DNA from: a virus
Taxonomy: Duplodnaviria; Heunggongvirae; Uroviricota; Caudoviricetes
DNA: 32,455 bases
Strand: one strand, 5' to 3'
Virus record (IMG/VR): IMGVR_UViG_2531839532_000012
Location: 1-32,455 of that record
Made by a program: the position numbers and the translations under genes
Shown here: in pieces, positions 8,242 through 17,790 of the stretch
Layout: each line of letters starts with the position of its first letter
Position numbering within the stretch: position 1 is the stretch's first letter
The notes under the pieces: generated by a model
What the model saw: the letters and a program-made list of their open reading frames with translations, nothing else
Databases searched by the model: none
Told to the model about the DNA's origin: nothing

Positions 8242-9462
8242 TTACCCTTTACGGTTTGCCCAGAATTCAGCGTTTTGTTTGTTCAGGGAAGCGATACTGG
8301 TCATGCCCATGTTTAGGCGCTGTGCATCGCCGGTGGTGGCGCGGGTGTTTCGCCCTTTGGCAATCTCAGACACGGCATTAAACGCCATGTCGACCGATTG
8401 TTTCGGCAATTTGCGGATATCCGCATCACCAACTATCTGGCGAACCAGCGTTTTGTCAGCGGAAGCCAGAACCTCGCGTTTGAACGCGGTCGGTTTCATC
8501 TTACGGCTCAGATCGATACCCGGAACAATAACTTCGGCACGCCAGGCTGAGTCACCAGTAATCGTGGTTTCCTCTTCATCGTCCTCGCCGTCACCGGTCG
8601 GATTATCGTCAGGCTTATTATCGTTATCGCCCGTGGCATTTCCTTCCAGCTTAGCCAGCAGGGCTTTCAGTAATGTTTTGAGGTCATCATCACTGTCGCC
8701 GGTTGGGCCTCCCCCCATCTCTGGTGCTTTGTCCGGTAGTGGTTGCTGCGGGGACAGGTTGATATTGAGATTAACGCCCTGCGGCAAATCCCCCTCATCT
8801 CCTGTAACCGATGCGGGAGCCGACTCCACCAGTTCGTTCATGGTGTCGGCATCTCCTGTCTTGATGGCCGCACGCATGCGGTTCCACCAGTTTTTCTTTT
8901 GATTTGCCATTGTGTCTCTGTCTCCAATTGCACAACGATTTCCGGCTCTGCCTTTAGGGACAAGAGCCACATGGTTTCCGGTAATATCGACCTGCTCAGC
9001 TTTACCTGGCTCGGTCTGCTCGTACTCCGCGTCATAGCCGCACGACACTTCGCGCAGGCCATCTTCGATAAGCTGAATGGCGTTTTCGTCTTTGACGATA
9101 AGGTCAGCCAGCATCAAATCAGACTGCTCACCCATCCCGCGCCGGACATTCTGGAGGTGCCCGACAGCAAGCTCTTTCCAGTTCTCGGGATTTACCAGCC
9201 GCACATTCCCGTTTTCATCTTCAGGATGCAGAATCGTGATGCTCATCCCTTCGAATGAGGCAAGCGTGGCCGGATGGAATACCTGCTCAGGAGAACGCGT
9301 GACGACTATTTCACCGAACTTATCGGGTTTCAGTTTTGGCAGGTCATCAGCACCATAGAGCTGCTTACCTGTTCGTCCTATCGGCACGTCTCTGCACAGC
9401 AACGAGCCGTCAGCCAGCTGATAGCGGGTTTCCCCCAGCCGGGTATTGAAAAAATATTTCAT
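8242..9462 (-). CDS. Head maturation protease/scaffold-like protein (406 aa; DUF2213-type)
   Basis: N-terminal domain followed by a long acidic low-complexity linker (GDSDDD...GDGEDDEEE) and a C-terminal domain, the layout of protease-scaffold fusions. Confidence 0.6.
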   Translation of the reverse strand: MKYFFNTRLGETRYQLADGSLLCRDVPIGRTGKQLYGADDLPKLKPDKFGEIVVTRSPEQVFHPATLASFEGMSITILHPEDENGNVRLVNPENWKELAVGHLQNVRRGMGEQSDLMLADLIVKDENAIQLIEDGLREVSCGYDAEYEQTEPGKAEQVDITGNHVALVPKGRAGNRCAIGDRDTMANQKKNWWNRMRAAIKTGDADTMNELVESAPASVTGDEGDLPQGVNLNINLSPQQPLPDKAPEMGGGPTGDSDDDLKTLLKALLAKLEGNATGDNDNKPDDNPTGDGEDDEEETTITGDSAWRAEVIVPGIDLSRKMKPTAFKREVLASADKTLVRQIVGDADIRKLPKQSVDMAFNAVSEIAKGRNTRATTGDAQRLNMGMTSIASLNKQNAEFWANRKG

Positions 9463-9476
9463 GTGTTACCTGCGAT

Positions 9477-10250
9477 TCAGGCGGGATAAGATTGGGAGGT
9501 GGGAAAAACGATTTCTTTATAACAGCGACAATTCGGGAGCTCGCCAGCGTGACCTGTCATGCCGTCAAGCGTTGGAGGTTTGCCCCATTCGACAAATTTA
9601 CCTTCCATTTCCCGATGAGAATGCCTGACGTCACCATCTTCGGCTGTACGCCAGATATAACCATTCGAACCAATTGACAGCGCACGCGCCTGATCCAGCG
9701 CGCCGGTTGCACGTCCAAGTTCAGTACGGGCAATCAGGTCAGCTCTGGACTTTGCTATATCACCCGATGCGGCTATTTCTTTAGCAAAATATTCTGCTCT
9801 CCCACCGGTCACAACAGCTTCTGTCGCCCGATTCTGGATGTCGTACACCCTGTCAGCCGCCTCGAGGGGGAGCGATTTGATGTACTTGACCTGTTCGGCG
9901 ATGATGGATTGCATCACCTGGCCCACAGGAGCGCTTTCCACAAGATTGCGGAGCTCGCGACTGATGTTCTTGCTGTGTTGCCGCCAAACTTTCTCGTTCT
10001 GCCGGGTTAGGTCCGCAGTAAAGTTTTCCGCGACCTTTGTCGCCCAGGGGGTGATGATTTCACTGTAGCGTTCCAGCGCCTCAATAATTTCCGTGATACT
10101 GTCATTTGAACCATCGTAGCGACCATTTACGATGTCTCCGACCGCCCGCGCTATCCTGCGTAGGCTGGTTCGATAGCGGATTTCCGCCTGACGGTTCCTG
10201 CGGTTCGTCATCAGATTCGCCGATGCCGGGCGGCGCTTCATCTTCGGCAT
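9477..10250 (-). CDS. Phage head morphogenesis protein (Mu F / SPP1 gp7-like, 257 aa)
   Basis: Position directly after the portal gene. The start is ambiguous because it overlaps the portal 3' end by 110-149 nt. Confidence 0.55.
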   Translation of the reverse strand: MPKMKRRPASANLMTNRRNRQAEIRYRTSLRRIARAVGDIVNGRYDGSNDSITEIIEALERYSEIITPWATKVAENFTADLTRQNEKVWRQHSKNISRELRNLVESAPVGQVMQSIIAEQVKYIKSLPLEAADRVYDIQNRATEAVVTGGRAEYFAKEIAASGDIAKSRADLIARTELGRATGALDQARALSIGSNGYIWRTAEDGDVRHSHREMEGKFVEWGKPPTLDGMTGHAGELPNCRCYKEIVFPTSQSYPA

Positions 10251-11568
10251 TCTCGATGTCCTCGTCGGTAATGGATGCCCCGATGCCGGTTACGTCAGAA
10301 TTTTCGCGCAAATCAGTCATAGCGGCTTTCAGTGTCATCAGACCATCACCCAGCGCCGTACTGATTGCGTTGGTAGTGTTTAACGCCACCGTTGAGCGAT
10401 CGACATCAGACATTTGCCAGAGCGGGTTAAACTCAAACGTGAAATCATCCGGGAGCGGCTTGCCAAGTTCCGAACGATGCATGATGTCCAGTATCCGACG
10501 CACCGGAAGACGTAAACGCCTCTCCTGCAACGAACTGATGCGGTCGTAATAGTTGGCAAGATCTGCATCACCGGTAGAAAATCCTTTCGGGGACTGTCCG
10601 AACAACCGCACCAGTGGAATACCAACAGCGCCACTAATCTGTTCTGCAAACTGCGATAGGATGTCATCCAGACCACTGAAGCTGTACTGATGCGTTTCAA
10701 ACTTATCCCGCGAGTCCATGAGCGTCATGCCTTCATTGCTCTGGAACTGTCGAATCAGGTCGATATTCTTCAGCAACGCTTCATACGCAGGACCACCAAG
10801 TGCGATAAGCTCGCGTAGCTTCTCCACGCTGTAGGTACGCAAATGCGCCTTGTAGACCAGCTGCGCCGCGCCGACAGTAGCGCTGTCGAACGCGGTAAGA
10901 CGATCCCAGATACGCTCTACAACCGACATTCCCCATTCGTTCTCGGTCATCTTCTGCTGAAATGGCAGCGTGACGCCATCAAAGCGAATCAGGCGACTGT
11001 GATGAATGCGCCAGGCAGGAATTCCCGTTGCTGTGGTCACCACATCGTAAAACTCAGGTTTACCCAGGTCCGGCCCCATATCTTTAATGCGGCGGGTCAG
11101 TACCGGGTCGATCATCCAGCGGTCGAGCGGGAGAATCCCCTTAAACTTGCCCTTACAGATGGTTTCGGGTCGCAGCGGGGTCATTGGTGCCTGCCCCTCA
11201 ATCATGATGAAACCCACCGCGCCGCCGTAGAGGCGCGACCATTTCAGCACGTCATTCAGCGCATCCCAGATTTGCAACTCATCCAGTTGTGATTCGAGAA
11301 TGCCACGATCTTTTGCATCAATTTCCGAAGTGATGCGAATGCCTTTGCGGGTCATATCATCCGGGATAGCATCGACTGCTTCACCGATGATCCAGGATGA
11401 ACGATAGGACCATTCCACCAGCATGCGGTTACGACTGGTGAAATTAGCCCGGTAGGTGGATGCTGAGTGCTGGTTAGGTGTCTGCATCCCTACGCGGGCA
11501 ATAAAATTCTCATAACCATCAGCTGTAGCCTGCGCAGTTCGCCGCAGGGCTTGTTTGTTTCGTGCCAT
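10102..11568 (-). CDS. Portal protein (488 aa)
   Basis: ATG overlaps the large-terminase stop (ATGA). Size and position after the large terminase. Confidence 0.7.
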   Translation of the reverse strand: MARNKQALRRTAQATADGYENFIARVGMQTPNQHSASTYRANFTSRNRMLVEWSYRSSWIIGEAVDAIPDDMTRKGIRITSEIDAKDRGILESQLDELQIWDALNDVLKWSRLYGGAVGFIMIEGQAPMTPLRPETICKGKFKGILPLDRWMIDPVLTRRIKDMGPDLGKPEFYDVVTTATGIPAWRIHHSRLIRFDGVTLPFQQKMTENEWGMSVVERIWDRLTAFDSATVGAAQLVYKAHLRTYSVEKLRELIALGGPAYEALLKNIDLIRQFQSNEGMTLMDSRDKFETHQYSFSGLDDILSQFAEQISGAVGIPLVRLFGQSPKGFSTGDADLANYYDRISSLQERRLRLPVRRILDIMHRSELGKPLPDDFTFEFNPLWQMSDVDRSTVALNTTNAISTALGDGLMTLKAAMTDLRENSDVTGIGASITDEDIENAEDEAPPGIGESDDEPQEPSGGNPLSNQPTQDSAGGRRHRKWSLRWFK

Positions 11569-13190
11569 CAGGCCTGTCTCCCTAGCAGCTCCCAGATGTT
11601 CAGGGCTGAATTCATTGGGGCATAGTTGATCATCACCGAGTCGGCAAGGTTTGGCGACCGGGTTCCATCAGGCTGTTTATCAATAACGATTTTTCCCACA
11701 CTATTAATGGAATAGGTCGGCTGCGAAAGCTCGATGATGAGTTTATCTTTGAGTGCCATGCTACTGCTGATTGAGATGATCTCGTCCGGGTTGTAAGCCA
11801 TACCTTCAACCACGGCGCGCCAGGTATTCTGAAAAAGTTTACGTAACCGCCACCAGCTCTGGGCTTTGGCGTTAGCGAAGAAGTCCTTGTTCAGACGTGC
11901 GGCTTGCCCGTTGTCCCCGCGAACAGCTTCATCATCCGGATCAAATACCGCGCCACTACCTCGAAACGGTGTGGCAAGTATTGACGGTCGACGCGCAGCG
12001 TTACGCAGTTCGTTGATAGCGCGTGCATCGCCGCGAACGCCAGCGCCCAGCCCGTCCTCGTCAAAGCGAAACTCTTCGAGGTTGTCCTGTTCGCAAAAGC
12101 CGAAAACCTTCTCAACGGACTGATAAATGTCGCTGCCCACACCGGACCATTCCCGCACATTCTCCAGGAGGAAGCCATGACGGGTGGAAAAGGCATTTTT
12201 GTCCCTGCCTTCGTCGGCGACATCCATCGCGCCAAGTCGTTTGCCTGTTGGCTGGATACCCAGTTTGATATGCGCATCAACTGCAGCCTGTACCCATTCG
12301 GATGGAATCAGGACGCCTTCCGCTGATGCGCTGTAGTTCAGATCAAGTTCCTGTGCCACCACCACCGGATTATCGATTTTCTCGCATTCCCTGCGATACC
12401 ACTCTTCATCCTTGCGAAGATCATCTCGCCAGTGGAATGTGAATACCGGTATCTTCCCGCCATGACGCTTCTGAGCGAACGGGTTCGCCATGCCGTTAAC
12501 TGAACTCAGGTCAATACGGCAACGCGTCGTTTGTGACAACGCCGCATCAATCAGCAGAGGACGCTGAAGGAATGCAGCCTCATCAACCAGATAAAGCGTG
12601 GTACGGTCACCACGACCAATATTATCGCCAGCCTCGCCTTTGATAACGGCACCAGTTTCAGGAAACTCAACACGCATATATGGCGCGTGCTTCTTCTCGC
12701 TCCACGAACCGCGAAACTCTACAGGTAGCGTTTCCACGAACTTGCGCGCCTTCCAGAACAATGCTTTCGGGTCACCAGTGCTGTCGACGTATTCCTCTTT
12801 ACGGGAGCCGAAACCGATAACCATTTCTTTGTTGAAGAGACAAAGCGAGCAGGCCAGTCCGATCGCGGTCCAACTGAGCCCCATTTCACGGGATTTTTCG
12901 GTAATACCATTCTCCCGATTGCTCCAGCGTTCCATAATCCAGTGGATCCACTCCTCCTGCTTAGGGAAGAGTAAAAACGGAATGGTCCCCGGCAGGCCAT
13001 AATCAATATTACGCGGGTCCGTTGTCATGCCCCAGTCGATGATGAACTGAGCCGGATTAGTTCGGTAAAACTGTTTTAGTGCAGGCAATATTTCAGGATT
13101 CTGGCGAATGCGCTGTAGGCGTTCCATCCGCCATTCAAAAACCATCTGGTAATCAGGATGTTTAAAATCGAAGGGGAATGGTAACGGCAT
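11568..13190 (-). CDS. Terminase large subunit (540 aa)
   Basis: N-terminal ATPase region and C-terminal nuclease region (...LYLVDEAAF...). Follows the small subunit by 2 nt. Confidence 0.85.
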   Translation of the reverse strand: MPLPFPFDFKHPDYQMVFEWRMERLQRIRQNPEILPALKQFYRTNPAQFIIDWGMTTDPRNIDYGLPGTIPFLLFPKQEEWIHWIMERWSNRENGITEKSREMGLSWTAIGLACSLCLFNKEMVIGFGSRKEEYVDSTGDPKALFWKARKFVETLPVEFRGSWSEKKHAPYMRVEFPETGAVIKGEAGDNIGRGDRTTLYLVDEAAFLQRPLLIDAALSQTTRCRIDLSSVNGMANPFAQKRHGGKIPVFTFHWRDDLRKDEEWYRRECEKIDNPVVVAQELDLNYSASAEGVLIPSEWVQAAVDAHIKLGIQPTGKRLGAMDVADEGRDKNAFSTRHGFLLENVREWSGVGSDIYQSVEKVFGFCEQDNLEEFRFDEDGLGAGVRGDARAINELRNAARRPSILATPFRGSGAVFDPDDEAVRGDNGQAARLNKDFFANAKAQSWWRLRKLFQNTWRAVVEGMAYNPDEIISISSSMALKDKLIIELSQPTYSINSVGKIVIDKQPDGTRSPNLADSVMINYAPMNSALNIWELLGRQA

Positions 13191-13192
13191 AC

Positions 13193-13744
13193 TTAGCCCA
13201 TTATTTTTCTATACGCCTCTGCAGCCTGCTCCGGCGTTAAGTTGGTAATTTCTGTTCTGACTGGTCCTCCATCAGCGCCAGTCACTTCATTTTTGACGTT
13301 GTCTTTAAACGCCTGAACAGAAACATGACGCCCAAGCAACTCAAGGTTTTTAACCTTATCAGGCCATTTGATTTTCTTCAGAAGTGCGGCGCTATCTGCG
13401 GATACCATCTCCACGACATCCATTCCTGATAGCGTTGTGCGCCATACCTTAGGCCAGTCTTTAATGGGCTTTAGCTCACCGTTTTGCAGGAGAATGTCGA
13501 GCACATCCATCTGGTCGATTTCAATAAGGCGATTAAGTACATATTCTGCATTAATACCAACAAGATCATTGCGTTGCGCTTTCAGTTCGGCGATTCTTAA
13601 CTTGATGTCAGGTTTTGACAGGTTTTCGGATGCGGTACGGTTAGCTGTCTTTGCGCTGTCCCCCGCCCGAATAGCCGCTTGCGTGGCGTTTAAATCGATG
13701 AGGTACTCGCGACAGAACATCTCTTGTTTGTCGGTGAGTGCCAT
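13193..13744 (-). CDS. Terminase small subunit (183 aa)
   Basis: N-terminus [28 protein letters not shown] is the HTH signature of small terminase subunits. Confidence 0.7.
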   Translation of the reverse strand: MALTDKQEMFCREYLIDLNATQAAIRAGDSAKTANRTASENLSKPDIKLRIAELKAQRNDLVGINAEYVLNRLIEIDQMDVLDILLQNGELKPIKDWPKVWRTTLSGMDVVEMVSADSAALLKKIKWPDKVKNLELLGRHVSVQAFKDNVKNEVTGADGGPVRTEITNLTPEQAAEAYRKIMG

Positions 13745-13768
13745 GACAAAGTCTCAATTGGATTGAAA

Positions 13769-14041
13769 ATGAGTGATTTATTACTAATTAAAAACTGGTT
13801 AATTGACCATCATGCACTATCGATTTTCTTTGGGTTTTTATCGGCTGGGTTATGGATCAAATCAGCAACAGCCAAAGTCAAAACAGGTAGAAGCACCGTT
13901 GTAGCAATTACATTTGATGATCCCAAAAAAAATGTAGATCTTCACGAATTTTTCTTAACTGCGCGGTTACAGTCTAAATATAACTCATATGCAGCTTTCG
14001 CTGCTGCTGTAACTGTGATTTTGCAAATGGCTGGCTATTAG
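13769..14041 (+). CDS. Small two-TM membrane protein (90 aa), opposite-strand moron
   Basis: ATG 13769 (MSDLLLIKNWLIDHHALSIFFGFLSAGLWI...). Two hydrophobic segments, AT-rich, on the strand opposite the late operon. Confidence 0.4.
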   Translation: MSDLLLIKNWLIDHHALSIFFGFLSAGLWIKSATAKVKTGRSTVVAITFDDPKKNVDLHEFFLTARLQSKYNSYAAFAAAVTVILQMAGY

Positions 14042-14129
14042 AAAACCTTAACCAGGATATTATTTACCTTTATCAATATCAGTTAACGGCTCAAAGTGTA
14101 ATGGTTCCACATTCTCCTAATGGAGTTAT

Positions 14130-14243
14130 TTACTCGCCCGTCTCGGTAGCCAGCTGCATAAAGCCATTAACCAGCTCAGGCTGACGTCGTGACGTCTTGC
14201 CCGTAAAGGTTTCGCCTGTTTGGGTTTGGTAGATGTCGGACAT
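14130..14243 (-). CDS. Small ORF (37 aa) with good SD
   Basis: AGAGG 5 nt before the ATG. MSDIYQTQTGETFTGKTSRRQPELVNGFMQLATETGE. Below the track size cut-off. Confidence 0.3.
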   Translation of the reverse strand: MSDIYQTQTGETFTGKTSRRQPELVNGFMQLATETGE

Positions 14244-14507
14244 TGAGAGCCTCTTTATCTGCTTGTGGGGATATATGGTTAATTATCCTCTGTAGGGGAT
14301 ACTGCCATCACAATGGGGAGAATCATCGTAATGGCAATAAAAACCGCCCATAGGCAGTTAATCTGAAAGACCAAATTTCTTTTTTGCGTAGGATTTTAGA
14401 AGCTCTACACCAACATCTTTCAATACCGATAATGGTTGATCGCTAATTGTTTTTAGCTTCTTAAAAACATCCTTTTGTTGAAGGGTTTCTGCAAACTCTT
14501 GGCCTGA

Positions 14508-14765
14508 TTACGTGAGTCTTACATTGGCTGGCCATTCACGGATTTCATTAAGCCCAATAGTAAGTCCTAATTTCTTAGGATCGCCTATTTCTAGAAAATG
14601 GTTACTGATATAACCTCTCTCAATCAATTGGTAGTAATGAAAGAGTCCTTTATCGCTGCTTATTTCGTATCCAGCTTTTTTAAGGTCATTAGCTGATATC
14701 AATGGTCCGCCAGCCTTAATAAAGACCCCTAACATTCCCTTCAAGTATTCCAGATCGGTCTGCAT
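14508..14765 (-). CDS. Hypothetical protein (85 aa), AT-rich moron downstream of Rz
   Basis: Strong SD GGAGG 6 nt before ATG 14765. About 40 percent GC against about 52 percent for phage core genes. Confidence 0.55.
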   Translation of the reverse strand: MQTDLEYLKGMLGVFIKAGGPLISANDLKKAGYEISSDKGLFHYYQLIERGYISNHFLEIGDPKKLGLTIGLNEIREWPANVRLT

Positions 14766-14823
14766 AAATTACCTCCATCCTGAGAAATAGAGATAATATT
14801 ACCCTTAAAATTCTTCATTAACA

Positions 14824-15285
14824 CTAATTTGAACACTGCTCTTTGATGTAGTCCTGCAAGTAGCCGACCTGCTTCGTCACTGTGACGATTCGCTCTCTGA
14901 GGGTGAAATAATCCCGTTCAGCGGAGTCAGTAAGTCCGGGGCTGGAAGCATCGCCCAAGCTGCCGGTGCCGGTCTTTCCGCTCGCTGGACATCGGGCATT
15001 GAAGTGCAGCCCACACTTGCCAGTGCGAACACAACGCTGCAGATCATCAAGCTGCTTTTTCGCATCAGCTAGTTCTCCGGTGTATTTAGCATCGAGTGCA
15101 TCAGCATCACGCTGGCGCTGCTGCATGTCAGTAATTGCCGCGTTCGCCAGCTTCAGTTCTCTGGCATTTTTGTCGCGCTGGGCTTTGTAGGTAATGGCGT
15201 TATCACGGTAATGATTAACAGCCCATGACAGGCAGACGATGATGCAGATAACCAAAGCGGAGATAATCGCGGTGACTCTGCTCAT
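14824..15285 (-). CDS. Spanin inner-membrane subunit Rz (153 aa)
   Basis: N-terminal TM helix, coiled-coil body, overlaps the endolysin stop, embedded Rz1 frame. Confidence 0.8.
   Translation of the reverse strand: MSRVTAIISALVICIIVCLSWAVNHYRDNAITYKAQRDKNARELKLANAAITDMQQRQRDADALDAKYTGELADAKKQLDDLQRCVRTGKCGLHFNARCPASGKTGTGSLGDASSPGLTDSAERDYFTLRERIVTVTKQVGYLQDYIKEQCSN
14877..15065 (-). CDS. Spanin outer-membrane lipoprotein Rz1 (62 aa), embedded in Rz
   Basis: Lipobox LASVGC and Pro-rich [11 protein letters not shown]...[11 protein letters not shown], closely resembling lambda Rz1. Confidence 0.75.
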   Translation of the reverse strand: MRKSSLMICSVVFALASVGCTSMPDVQRAERPAPAAWAMLPAPDLLTPLNGIISPSESESSQ

Positions 15286-15758
15286 ACCTCAATCTCTCTG
15301 ACCGTTCCGCCAGCTTTTTTAAATCGGGCAATCAGGTCACCGATTTTATGTTCATACTGACCGTAACCTGCACCAGGTAACGACGCCCAGATATTGCTGC
15401 AACGGTCGATTGCCTGACGAATACTGCCGCGGTCAATCATCGGTAAAGCACCACGTTCTTGAATCTGCTGCAGAGCTACAGCGTCCTGACTTTCTGGAGA
15501 AAAATCTTTCAGGCCAAGCTGTTTACGGTAAGCATCCCACCAGCGTGAAAGAAGCTGGTAACGTCCGGCGGCTGTTGATTTGAGTTTGGGGTTTAGCGTG
15601 ACAAGTTTGCGGGGGTGATCGGAGTAATCAGTGAACAGTTCGCCACCAACAATAACATCATAACCGTGGTTACGTGTCGGTTGTCGCCCGTTATCCGTTC
15701 CTTCTGACCATGCCACCATATCCAGGAAAGCTTTACGCTGTGAATTTAGTGCCTGCAT
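15282..15758 (-). CDS. Endolysin, lambda R-type lytic transglycosylase (158 aa)
   Basis: Near-identity to recalled lambda R ([21 protein letters not shown]...[20 protein letters not shown]...). Confidence 0.9.
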   Translation of the reverse strand: MQALNSQRKAFLDMVAWSEGTDNGRQPTRNHGYDVIVGGELFTDYSDHPRKLVTLNPKLKSTAAGRYQLLSRWWDAYRKQLGLKDFSPESQDAVALQQIQERGALPMIDRGSIRQAIDRCSNIWASLPGAGYGQYEHKIGDLIARFKKAGGTVREIEV

Positions 15759-15761
15759 AAA

Positions 15762-16103
15762 TTACTCCTTCGATCTACCAAATTTGTTACCGATTACTCG
15801 CATTGCAGCCCCACGAATAGCATCGACACCGATCAGCCCCACGCCACCACCAATGGCAACAGAAAGCGATTTAGGCCATCCGACATACTCAAGAGCGGAT
15901 GCAAAGGTCAGCGTCAGAGCGCCACATAGCAAAATCTCGAGCGTTTTTCGCTTCCAGCCACCACCACCGCCAAAATAGGCGATGCGCAACCCAGCCATAA
16001 CGATCGACATAATCACTGCGCCCAGCGGTGTGTCTCCACGCCACCAACTTTGTAAGAGTTCCAGTAAGTCAGGCCAGGAATGAGGGACATTGTGCATTTT
16101 CAT
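15762..16103 (-). CDS. Holin with dual-start motif (Met-Lys-Met)
   Basis: ATGs at 16103 and 16097 give MKMHNV..., the lambda S antiholin/holin arrangement. GGAGG upstream. Hydrophobic helices. Directly upstream of the endolysin. Confidence 0.65.
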   Translation of the reverse strand: MKMHNVPHSWPDLLELLQSWWRGDTPLGAVIMSIVMAGLRIAYFGGGGGWKRKTLEILLCGALTLTFASALEYVGWPKSLSVAIGGGVGLIGVDAIRGAAMRVIGNKFGRSKE

Positions 16104-16320
16104 AAGCCTCACCTCCGAAAGTTCGGATGGTGCTAAATGTAAGATTCAGGCTCTCTGGCTTGCTCACAAGAAGTCGAGGATGTTTCCGGAGCCTAACAAC
16201 GAAAAAGCCCCGGGACATGCCAGGGCCAGATGGAGTACCAGATTAAGCTTCTGGCGGTATATCCTCGTGTTTGATATCGTTAAATCGCCAAAAGTAACCA
16301 TATCAATTAAAGGAGTATAT

Positions 16321-16599
16321 ATGGCTAGTTTTACTGTCCGCGTTGAGCTTGTGGGTGCATCATCCGATGACTACGCTCGCCTTCATGAGGCGATGGAATC
16401 CCGAAGATACTTTCGCGAAATTCAAGATGGAGCAGGAAACTGGTTTTATCTTCCAGACGCTGAGTACACAGCCGAAAAAAACGCATCTGCTCGCGCAGTC
16501 CGAGAAGAAGTTGTAGCCATCGCTGGGACAATAAAAAAGAACCCTCGGGTGCTAGTCACTCAAGCGGCAGATCGCTCATGGCATTTAATCAAGAAGTGA
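16321..16599 (+). CDS. Hypothetical 92-aa protein; opposite-strand moron between late promoter region and lysis cassette
   Basis: Strong SD AGGAG 5 nt before ATG 16321. Candidate terminator hairpin about 40 nt downstream. Family not recognised. Confidence 0.5.
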   Translation: MASFTVRVELVGASSDDYARLHEAMESRRYFREIQDGAGNWFYLPDAEYTAEKNASARAVREEVVAIAGTIKKNPRVLVTQAADRSWHLIKK

Positions 16600-16815
16600 G
16601 TTTTGATCGCCATTAACGGGTATTCCGTTCCCGCTACGCCCCTCACCAACCTCAGGGGCGCTTTCATAGCGCTCCATCGCAATAAACGCGGCAGCGATGC
16701 AATGCCCCAAATTTTCAAAATCATCCCCCCCCGGGTTAGCCCGAGCCACAATGAACTGACCCAGTGTGATTTTGGCCTGAGATCGGGAATCAGAAGATAA
16801 TTCATAAAATTTCAT
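16585..16815 (-). CDS. Hypothetical 76-aa protein, 3' end overlapping the convergent moron by 15 nt
   Basis: GGAG 8 nt before ATG 16815. Reality uncertain because a plus-strand terminator hairpin lies inside it. Confidence 0.3.
   Translation of the reverse strand: MKFYELSSDSRSQAKITLGQFIVARANPGGDDFENLGHCIAAAFIAMERYESAPEVGEGRSGNGIPVNGDQNSLLD
16637..16666 (+). terminator. Candidate terminator for the 16321-16599 moron (CGCCCCT-loop-AGGGGCG + CTTTC)
   Basis: Perfect 7-bp GC-rich stem with 10-nt loop and a short T-rich tail. Confidence 0.35.
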
Positions 16816-16952
16816 GGGTGTTCTCCAGAAACAACAAAACCCGCTCAATGGCGGGTTCTGGTAAAGTTCATGCGCTTGGTTCGCCTCGCGATACAGCTTT
16901 GCGAAGCGTACCGGGATTGAAGCAGTTTATGTGCAAAAATGCAAGAACTTTT

Positions 16953-17510
16953 TTAAAGCTGCATCAACCTTTCCACCAGTTTATCTCTGCGAACAACAAA
17001 CCAACCATTGGCTCTCGCCAGTTCCAGCCATGACTCAAGGGAAATAACAATATCATCATCCCGTAACTGAATTGTGGAAACAGTGACACCGCCTCTCTGA
17101 TAACAGAGAACTCGCGTGTCGTAACTTTTCTGGCATGAAACTGGCGTTGACGGATCCTTTTGACTGAAATAGCAGTCTTCCAGTTTTTCGAACACATCCC
17201 ATGCCTGATCGGTTTCGAGCATTTTGGCGTGGCGTGCTGCGCCTCGTTCTGTCCAGAGGATGAGGGAGCGGGCTTTGGGTGAAACTGGATTTTGTGAGTA
17301 GTTTAAAGCGACCCGCAATTCTTTAAGGTCATTACCAACAACTTTGAAAAAGTGTTTCCCTTCAACGAAGCGTACTTTGTTCTCATGATGATTCTGGCGA
17401 ATACGCACCGGCTCAGTGCCGTAAAGCTGCGCCAAAAGTTCGGTGGTAATAACAGGAATCTGGTTATGGGTGATCGGGGAGAGAGTTTCAACAGAGATTT
17501 GAGTGGTCAT
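16953..17510 (-). CDS. Antirepressor-like protein (185 aa)
   Basis: N-terminus MTTQISVETLSPITHNQIPVITTELLAQLYG...FVEGKHFF resembles the N-terminal domain of phage antirepressors. GGAG upstream. Confidence 0.5.
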   Translation of the reverse strand: MTTQISVETLSPITHNQIPVITTELLAQLYGTEPVRIRQNHHENKVRFVEGKHFFKVVGNDLKELRVALNYSQNPVSPKARSLILWTERGAARHAKMLETDQAWDVFEKLEDCYFSQKDPSTPVSCQKSYDTRVLCYQRGGVTVSTIQLRDDDIVISLESWLELARANGWFVVRRDKLVERLMQL

Positions 17511-17673
17511 AACGATAACTCCGTACATTTGGACATTATCGCCACCGTCAGGTGCTAATCATCGTGGTGGCGAACTGTGCGGGGTTAGCACTACCGGGTA
17601 CGGAACCCGGCGAGCCTTTCGGCTCCCCCACACAGCCCGCCATAAATCGCGAATGTGACTGTGCAAACGATAT

Positions 17674-17697
17674 GAAAAAAAGACGCGGGCGCGTCTC
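17674..17697 (-). terminator. Rho-independent terminator downstream of the late promoter (tR'-like)
   Basis: Minus strand GAGACGCGCCCGCGTCT followed by TTTTTTT, about 90 nt downstream of the Q stop. Confidence 0.55.
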
Positions 17698-17751
17698 ATA
17701 TCGCTCCGTAAACATCCGGGGTGCTAATCCCGACGCCAGATTTTGCTGGCG

Positions 17752-17790
17752 CGTGAGGAATATAGCCCCGGATAACAGATTGAGTCAACA
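17752..17790 (-). promoter_or_regulatory. Candidate late promoter PR' (TTGACT-N18-TATATT) with adjacent hairpin (possible qut/pause region)
   Basis: Hexamers read on the minus strand overlapping the Q stop codon. Followed by hairpin CGCCAG-caaaat-CTGGCG and then the terminator. Confidence 0.45.

Noticed and set aside
8279-9258. Plus-strand ORFs 8279..8902 (207 aa) and 8743..9258 (171 aa) antisense to the scaffold/protease gene
   Set aside because: Ser/Pro-rich low-complexity translations antisense to a well-supported gene, with no SD.
16113-17790. tRNA genes in the Q-to-lysis interval, as found in some lambdoid phages
   Set aside because: No cloverleaf-compatible sequence or conserved T-loop (GTTCGAATC-like) was found by eye. 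A tRNAscan run would be needed to be certain.
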